Positions 6,728 to 11,780 of a stretch of DNA of 11,780 nucleotides are shown piece after piece. The notes below the pieces were generated by a model. It saw nothing but the letters and a program-made list of their open reading frames with translations. It was not told the DNA's origin and searched no databases. Source of the stretch: a virus (Duplodnaviria > Heunggongvirae > Uroviricota > Caudoviricetes); the IMG/VR virus record IMGVR_UViG_2548877011_000017. One strand, written 5' to 3'. Every line of letters begins with the position of its first letter. Position 1 is the first letter of the stretch. A program made the translations under genes and the position numbers.

Positions 6728-6883
6728 ATGGATACTATCGATCTTGGCAACAGCGAATCTCTGGTATGTGGCGTGTTCCCCAACCAGTACGGTACGTTCA
6801 CCGCAATGACGTATACCAAAAGCAAAACGTTTAAAACCGAATCTGGAGCGCGTCGCTGGCTGGAAAGAAATTCAGGTGGGTGA
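6728..6883 (+). CDS. ydfA: YdfA-like small protein (51 aa), copy 2
   Basis: Paralogue of 6107-6262 at +621 offset, with 4 amino-acid differences; same RBS context. Confidence 0.65.
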   Translation: MDTIDLGNSESLVCGVFPNQYGTFTAMTYTKSKTFKTESGARRWLERNSGG

Positions 6884-6884
6884 T

Positions 6885-7013
6885 ATGGATTTCGACACAA
6901 TCATGGAAAAGGCTTACGAAGAATACTTCGAAGGCCTTGCCGAAGGCGAAGAAGCTCACAGCTTCAACGAATTTAAACAGGTGCTTTCCAGTTCGGCAAA
7001 ATCTAATGGCTGA
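6885..7013 (+). CDS. ydfB: YdfB-like small protein (42 aa), copy 2
   Basis: Paralogue of 6264-6392 at +621 offset; ATG 6885, stop TGA 7011-7013. Confidence 0.6.
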   Translation: MDFDTIMEKAYEEYFEGLAEGEEAHSFNEFKQVLSSSAKSNG

Positions 7014-7042
7014 TAAGCGAAACAGCACCGCGAGGAATCAGT

Positions 7043-7324
7043 ATGCAGAAACGAGAACCCGTCATCATCGCGCCAGACTATACCAATGATGAACTTTATG
7101 AGTGGATGCACCAGAAAATTAATGCAGCGCAGGATCTGAAATGGGCTAATGAAGTCAGGGCTAAGCAGGCTGAAAATCTGTCCTCTCTGGAGCAGGATAT
7201 CACCAATCTGGAAAAAGAAACGTTAATACGTCTGAAGGTTGTTTTGAAATTGGTGTCACTATCAGTAACCCTGTATTTACTGAAGATGCCATTAACAAGA
7301 GAAAACACGAACGGGAGCTATTAA
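7043..7324 (+). CDS. ydfC: YdfC-like protein, copy 2 (93-aa ORF; the C-terminal 36 residues overlap the dicB-like frame)
   Basis: Same start context as copy 1. After DITNLE it continues KETLIRLKVV... to TAA 7322-7324, reading the dicB-like region in a different frame. Confidence 0.6.
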   Translation: MQKREPVIIAPDYTNDELYEWMHQKINAAQDLKWANEVRAKQAENLSSLEQDITNLEKETLIRLKVVLKLVSLSVTLYLLKMPLTRENTNGSY

Positions 7325-7389
7325 ATAAAATATGCATTCTTTCAATGCTGGCCCGTTTACGTCCGATACAAAAAGGATGCTGGCAATGA
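7219..7389 (+). pseudogene. dicB: dicB-like (cell-division inhibitor) reading frame with no start codon; 5'-truncated remnant or frameshift-dependent frame
   Basis: Frame translation NVNTSEGCFEIGVTISNPVFTEDAINKRKHERELLNKICILSMLARLRPIQKGCWQ matches my recollection of E. coli Qin DicB (62 aa) over residues 7-62. The frame is open from stop 7171-7173 but has no ATG/GTG/TTG before NVNTSE. Its TGA 7387-7389 overlaps the ATG of the next gene (ATGA). Confidence 0.4.
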
Positions 7390-7577
7390 ATACAGCATTT
7401 GCACTTGTTCTGACAGTTTTTCTTGTTTCCGGAGAGCCAGTTGATATTGCAGTCAGTGTTCACAGGACAATGCAGGAGTGTGTGACTGCAGCAACCGAAC
7501 AGAAAATTCCCGGTAACTGTTACCCGGTCGATAAAGTTATTCACCAGGATAATAACGAAATCCCGGCAGGTCTTTAA
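7386..7577 (+). CDS. ydfD: YdfD-like small hydrophobic protein (63 aa)
   Basis: ATG 7386 with AAGGA 9 nt upstream; MNTAFALVLTVFLVSGEPVDIAVSVHRTMQEC... has a hydrophobic N-terminus. The length and sequence match my recollection of Qin YdfD. The ORF track gives longer in-frame alternatives from 7332 and 7377. Confidence 0.65.
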   Translation: MNTAFALVLTVFLVSGEPVDIAVSVHRTMQECVTAATEQKIPGNCYPVDKVIHQDNNEIPAGL

Positions 7578-7669
7578 AACAGTTCCGTAATAAACATCCG
7601 ATTTCATTCTTATATGCCAGCAATGGCAGGGATTTGTTCACCCTTAAATCTGTAATGAGGTAAAACAAA

Positions 7670-10141
7670 ATGAGTAAAGTCTTTATTTGCGCCGCCATTC
7701 CGGACGAACAGGCAATAAAGGAAGAAGGTGCAGTCGCTGTAGCCACAGCTATTGAAGCTGGCGACGAACGCCGTGCTCGAGCAAAATTTCACTGGCAATT
7801 CCTGGAACATTATCCGGCTGCTCAGGACTGCGCTTATAAATTTATTGTCTGCGAGGATAAACCTGGCATACCCCGCCCTGCCCTCGATTCATGGGATGCT
7901 GAATATATGCAGGAAAACCGCTGGGATGAGGAGTCTGCTTCCTTTGTCCCGGTTGAGACTGAATCCGATCCGATGAACGTCACTTTTGACAAGCTGGCCC
8001 CTGAAGTACAGAACGCTGTCATGGTTAAGTTCGACACATGTGAAAACATCACCGTTGATATGGTTATTAGCGCACAGGAATTGTTGCAGGAAGACATGGC
8101 AACATTCGACGGACATATCGTTGAAGCGTTGATGAAAATGCCAGAAGTTAACGCCATGTATCCGGAGCTTAAGCTGCATGCCATCGGGTGGGTTAAGCAT
8201 AAATGTAAGCCTGGTGCCAAATGGCCCGAAATTCAGGCAGAGATGCGCATCTGGAAAAAACGTCGCGAAGGTGAACGCAAGGAAACCGGAAAATACACGT
8301 CTGTTGTTGATCTCGCCCGCGCCAGAACCAATCAACAGCACACTGAAAATTCAACAGGAAAAATCAGCCCGGTCATTGCTGCCATTCATCGCGAATACAA
8401 GCAGACATGGAAAACACTGGATGACGAACTGGCCTACGCTCTCTGGCCTGGTGATGTGGATGCCGGAAACATTGACGGCAGCATCCATCGCTGGGCAAAA
8501 AATGAAGTTATCGACAACGACCGCGAAGACTGGAAGCGTATCTCGGCATCAATGCGCAAACAGCCTGATGCCCTTCGCTACGACCGCCAGACTATTTTTG
8601 GCCTTGTCCGTGAACGTCCGATCGACATTCACAAAGATCCCGTAGCACTGAACAAATATATCTGCGAATACCTGACGACAAAGGGCGTGTTTGAGAATGA
8701 AGAAACAGACCTGGGCACTGTTGATGTTCTCCAGTCATCAGAAACACAAACTGATGCAGTGGAAACTGAGGTATCTGATATCCCAAAAAATGAAACCGCG
8801 CCGGAAGCTGAACCATCTGTAGAGCGTGAGGGGCCGTTCTACTTCCTCTTCACCGACAAGGATGGCGAAAAATACGGTCGCGCAAACAAACTTTCTGGTC
8901 TGGATAAGGCGCTGTCTGCTGGGGCTACTGAAATCACGAAAGAAGAATATTTCGCCCGCAAAAACGGTACATACTCAGGTTCACAACAAAATACTGGTGC
9001 ATCTGACACGACCGCACAACCAGGGCCGGTAAAAGTTACCGCTGACGAAGTAAACAAAATTATGCAGGCAGCCAATATCAGCCAGCCTGACGCCGATGAA
9101 CTGCTTGCAGTATCACGTGGTGAATTTGTTGAAGGGATTAGCGACCCGAATGATCCGAAATGGGTTAAGGGGATCCAGACCCGCGATTCTGTGAACCAGA
9201 ACCAGCAAGAAACGGAACAGAACGACCAGAAAGCGGAACAAAACAGCCCAAATACGCAACAAAACGAGCCAGAAACGAAACAACCTGAACCAGTAGTGCA
9301 ACAGGAACCGGAAAAGATCTGCACCGCCTGCGGTCAGAGCGGTGGCGGCAACTGCCCTGATTGTGGTGCGGTGATGGGTGACGCAACATACCAGGAAATA
9401 TTCGATGGAGAGAATCAGCCTGAAGTTCAGGAAAATGATCCGGAGGAAATGGAAGGCACTGCGCATCAGCACAAGGAGAACACTGGCGGCAATCAGCATC
9501 ATGCCAGCGATAGTGAAACTGGCGAGGCGTCAGATCCCTTAATTAAGGCGAACGGTCATCATAATCTCACATCCACCAGCAGAGCGGGGATTCATCTGAT
9601 GATCGACCTTGAAACCATGGGAAAAAATCCCGATGCCCCGATTATCTCAATAGGTGCAATATTTTTCGATCCGCAAACCGGAGATATGGGACCGGAATTT
9701 AGTAAGACTATCGATCTGGAAACTGCTGGCGGAGTCATTGATCGGGACACCATTAAATGGTGGCTTAAGCAATCACGCGAAGCGCAATCTGCCATTATGA
9801 CCGATGAAATCCCGTTAGATGATGCACTGTTACAATTGCGGGAATTTATCGACGAAAACTCCGGTGAATTTTTTGTTCATGTCTGGGGAAATGGAGCCAA
9901 CTTCGACAACACGATTTTGCGCCGTTCATACGAACGGCAGGGGATCCCCTGCCCGTGGCGTTACTACAACGATCGCGATGTACGCACAATCGTTGAGCTG
10001 GGGAAAGCCATAGACTTCGATGCCAGAACGGCTATTCCATTCGAAGGTGAGCGCCATAATGCACTTGATGACGCCCGTTACCAGGCAAAATACGTTTCAG
10101 CTATCTGGCAAAAACTGATCCCGAGTCAGGCTGATTCTTAA
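7670..10141 (+). CDS. Large phage protein (823 aa) with C-terminal DnaQ-like DEDDh 3'-5' exonuclease domain, internal Cys4 zinc ribbon and Q/E/N-rich linker
   Basis: ATG 7670 with GAGGT about 10 nt upstream. C-terminal motifs HLMIDLETMG (Exo I, D-x-E), WGNGANFDNT (Exo II) and HNALDDARYQA (Exo III, H-x4-D) at nt ~9590-10130; CTAC-x9-CPDC at nt ~9320-9363. It occupies the slot before xis-int where Qin has the ydfE fragment and Rac has recE. Confidence 0.85.
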   Translation: MSKVFICAAIPDEQAIKEEGAVAVATAIEAGDERRARAKFHWQFLEHYPAAQDCAYKFIVCEDKPGIPRPALDSWDAEYMQENRWDEESASFVPVETESDPMNVTFDKLAPEVQNAVMVKFDTCENITVDMVISAQELLQEDMATFDGHIVEALMKMPEVNAMYPELKLHAIGWVKHKCKPGAKWPEIQAEMRIWKKRREGERKETGKYTSVVDLARARTNQQHTENSTGKISPVIAAIHREYKQTWKTLDDELAYALWPGDVDAGNIDGSIHRWAKNEVIDNDREDWKRISASMRKQPDALRYDRQTIFGLVRERPIDIHKDPVALNKYICEYLTTKGVFENEETDLGTVDVLQSSETQTDAVETEVSDIPKNETAPEAEPSVEREGPFYFLFTDKDGEKYGRANKLSGLDKALSAGATEITKEEYFARKNGTYSGSQQNTGASDTTAQPGPVKVTADEVNKIMQAANISQPDADELLAVSRGEFVEGISDPNDPKWVKGIQTRDSVNQNQQETEQNDQKAEQNSPNTQQNEPETKQPEPVVQQEPEKICTACGQSGGGNCPDCGAVMGDATYQEIFDGENQPEVQENDPEEMEGTAHQHKENTGGNQHHASDSETGEASDPLIKANGHHNLTSTSRAGIHLMIDLETMGKNPDAPIISIGAIFFDPQTGDMGPEFSKTIDLETAGGVIDRDTIKWWLKQSREAQSAIMTDEIPLDDALLQLREFIDENSGEFFVHVWGNGANFDNTILRRSYERQGIPCPWRYYNDRDVRTIVELGKAIDFDARTAIPFEGERHNALDDARYQAKYVSAIWQKLIPSQADS

Positions 10142-10152
10142 TGTTCAACTGT

Positions 10153-10184
10153 CGCCGGTTGTGACTGGTATTCTGCAACCGGCG
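10153..10184 (+). other. Inverted repeat (9-bp stem CGCCGGTTG / CAACCGGCG, 14-nt loop) between the exonuclease gene and xis; possible RNA structure
   Basis: Read directly. There is no downstream U-tract, so it is not a canonical intrinsic terminator. Confidence 0.2.
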
Positions 10185-10213
10185 CTCGTCTGATGTAAGA
10201 GATAAAGAAATCG

Positions 10214-10465
10214 ATGAGCGAAGTAATCATGATTGTCTCTCCCGGCAAATGGGTATCCGAAGAGCAGTTAATTGCGCTGAAAGGAATAAAAAAAGGTACG
10301 TTAAAAAAGGCCCGGGAAAAATCGTTTATGGAAGGAAGGGAATATAAGCATGTCGCTCATGACGGTATGCCATGGGATAACAGTCCATGCTTTTACAACC
10401 TGGAAGAAATTGATCGCTGGATTGAGCGCCAGGCATCAGCAAGACCAAGACGTCATCTTACTTGA
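10214..10465 (+). CDS. xis: Excisionase-like small DNA-binding protein (83 aa)
   Basis: Small ORF immediately upstream of the integrase on the same strand; basic N-terminal half (GKWVSEEQLIALKGIKKGTLKKAREK). The start is uncertain (ATG 10214 or 10229, both with weak SD). Confidence 0.6.
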   Translation: MSEVIMIVSPGKWVSEEQLIALKGIKKGTLKKAREKSFMEGREYKHVAHDGMPWDNSPCFYNLEEIDRWIERQASARPRRHLT

Positions 10466-10484
10466 CTAAAAGCCACACTAACTA

Positions 10485-11780
10485 ATGAGAGAAGTTGAAA
10501 TGAAATATCCGACAGGCGTGGAAAACCATGGAGGGAAATTACGTATCTGGTTTGTTTATAAAGGCGTAAGAGTCAGGGAAAATCTGGGGGTTCCTGACAC
10601 AGCAAAAAACAGGCGCGTTGCAGGTGAGCTACGCGCCTCTGTTTGTTACGCAATAAAAACTGGTGTTTTCGACTATGCAAAACAGTTTCCCTCCTCACGC
10701 AATCTGGAAAAATTTGGTGAGGCCCGACAAGATTTAACCATAAAAGAACTGGCTGAAAAATTTCTGGCACTGAAAGAAACTGAAGTCGCAAAAACATCAC
10801 TCAACACATACCGTGCCGTCATCAAAAATATCCTGAGCATAATCGGTGAAAAAAATCTTGCCTCATCGATTAATAAAGAAAAATTACTGGAGGTTCGTAA
10901 AGAGCTACTGACTGGATACCAGATCCCCAAAAGTAACTATATTGTTACACAACCAGGGAGATCGGCTGTAACTGTAAATAATTACATGACAAATCTTAAC
11001 GCCGTGTTCCAGTTTGGTGTTGATAACGGTTACCTGGCAGATAACCCGTTTAAGGGGATCTCGCCATTAAAGGAATCAAGAACCATTCCGGATCCTCTTT
11101 CGCGGGAGGAATTCATCCGTCTTATCGATGCGTGCAGAAATCAGCAAGCCAAAAATTTATGGTGTGTTTCTGTTTATACTGGCGTTCGCCCTGGTGAGCT
11201 GTGTGCACTTGGATGGGAGGACATAGATCTGAAAAATGGAACAATGATGATCAGGAGAAATTTAGCAAAAGACCGTTTCACGGTACCAAAAACACAGGCG
11301 GGAACCAATCGGGTCATTCATCTTATTAAGCCAGCAATCGACGCTCTCCGGAGTCAGATGACATTAACGAGACTGAGCAAAGAGCATATCATTGATGTTC
11401 ACCTCAGAGAGTATGGCAGAACAGAAAAACATAAATGCACCTTTGTTTTTCAACCTGAAGTGTCAGCGAGAGTAAAAAATTATGGTGACCATTTTACCGT
11501 TGACTCAATAAGGCAGATGTGGGACGCAGCGATAAAACGTGCCGGACTCCGCCATCGAAAATCATATCAGTCGAGACATACTTATGCCTGCTGGTCGCTG
11601 ACAGCTGGTGCTAACCCGGCATTTATAGCAAACCAGATGGGCCATGCAGATGCGCAAATGGTATTTCAGGTATACGGAAAATGGATGTCTGAAAACAATA
11701 ATGCACAGGTAGCTTTGTTAAATACACAGTTAAGCGAGTTTGCCCCAACCATGCCCCATAACGAAGCAATGAAAAATTAA
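10485..11780 (+). CDS. int: Phage tyrosine integrase (site-specific recombinase, 431 aa)
   Basis: C-terminal catalytic region with R...HxxR (SRHTYA) and the probable tyrosine in QVYGKWM; N-terminal arm-binding-like domain (GVENHGGKLRIWFVYKGVRVRENLG). Stop TAA is at 11778-11780, the window edge. An alternative start is ATG 10500. Confidence 0.9.
   Translation: MREVEMKYPTGVENHGGKLRIWFVYKGVRVRENLGVPDTAKNRRVAGELRASVCYAIKTGVFDYAKQFPSSRNLEKFGEARQDLTIKELAEKFLALKETEVAKTSLNTYRAVIKNILSIIGEKNLASSINKEKLLEVRKELLTGYQIPKSNYIVTQPGRSAVTVNNYMTNLNAVFQFGVDNGYLADNPFKGISPLKESRTIPDPLSREEFIRLIDACRNQQAKNLWCVSVYTGVRPGELCALGWEDIDLKNGTMMIRRNLAKDRFTVPKTQAGTNRVIHLIKPAIDALRSQMTLTRLSKEHIIDVHLREYGRTEKHKCTFVFQPEVSARVKNYGDHFTVDSIRQMWDAAIKRAGLRHRKSYQSRHTYACWSLTAGANPAFIANQMGHADAQMVFQVYGKWMSENNNAQVALLNTQLSEFAPTMPHNEAMKN

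Larger units (their letters stand above)
5973..7213. repeat. Tandem direct duplication, 2 x ~621 bp (copy 1 ~5973-6593, copy 2 ~6594-7213), of the ydfA-ydfB-ydfC-like cassette
   Basis: Equivalent ORFs sit at a constant +621 offset (6026 vs 6647, 6422 vs 7043). The copies differ at scattered positions (e.g. NNESLVYGVFPNQDG vs NSESLVCGVFPNQYG). Boundaries are good to about 10 bp. Confidence 0.85.

Noticed and set aside
6026-7028. Longer or antisense ORFs in the duplicated cassette (6026 and 6647 extended ydfA starts; 6052-6279, 6210-6407, 6259-6468, 6673-6900, 6831-7028, 6880-7089)
   Set aside because: The extended ydfA-like start is possible but the 51-aa form has the better RBS. The others are antisense or out-of-frame overlaps of three tightly coupled small genes and appear in both copies only because of the duplication.
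5973-7213. Tandem repeat considered as a CRISPR array or IS element
   Set aside because: There are only two long (about 621 bp) protein-coding units, with no short repeat-spacer periodicity, no terminal inverted repeats and no transposase.
7096-7810. Minus-strand ORFs 7096-7308, 7200-7607, 7537-7746 and 7610-7810
   Set aside because: Cys-rich or low-complexity translations antisense to the plus-strand early operon; no RBS.
9180-9300. Q/E/N-rich low-complexity stretch (ETEQNDQKAEQNSPNTQQNEPETKQPEP) considered as a DNA repeat
   Set aside because: It is in frame within the large CDS and looks like a flexible linker; there is no exact nucleotide periodicity.
7752-10013. ORFs nested in or antisense to the 823-aa gene (7752-7976, 7834-8220, 7889-8341, 8178-8645, 8592-8816, 8826-9032, 8839-9324, 9113-9502, 9165-9389, 9592-9795, 9819-10013)
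   Set aside because: All lie within a long ORF whose C-terminus has clear exonuclease motifs; several have Cys/Phe/Ser-rich composition typical of antisense artefacts.
10573-10930. Minus-strand ORFs 10573-10800 and 10673-10930 inside the integrase gene
   Set aside because: Antisense to a CDS with clear tyrosine-recombinase motifs.

Overview
The window reads as the early, immunity and integration segment of a lambdoid (Qin/Rac-like) enterobacterial prophage; all calls rest on reading the sequence and ORF translations by eye, with no database search run. Plus strand from about 5.4 kb: a CI/DicA-like repressor, a tandemly duplicated ydfA-ydfB-ydfC-like cassette (2 x ~621 bp, diverged), a dicB-like frame with no start codon, a ydfD-like gene, an 823-aa protein ending in a DnaQ-like 3'-5' exonuclease domain, an excisionase-like gene and a tyrosine integrase that ends at the window edge. 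Minus strand from about 5.3 kb leftwards: a Cro/YdaS-like gene, a YdaT-like gene, a replication initiator with iteron clusters inside its coding sequence, two small overlapping ORFs that meet at an A8 tract, a 243-bp AT-rich spacer, and a complete 932-aa protein. That protein combines a PD-(D/E)xK-like N-terminus, a STAND-type P-loop NTPase core, a long helical region and a terminal SEC-C zinc motif, and is the best candidate for a prophage-carried single-gene anti-phage defence (Avs/bNACHT-like), possibly an undescribed variant. No tRNA, rRNA, CRISPR array or IS element was seen.
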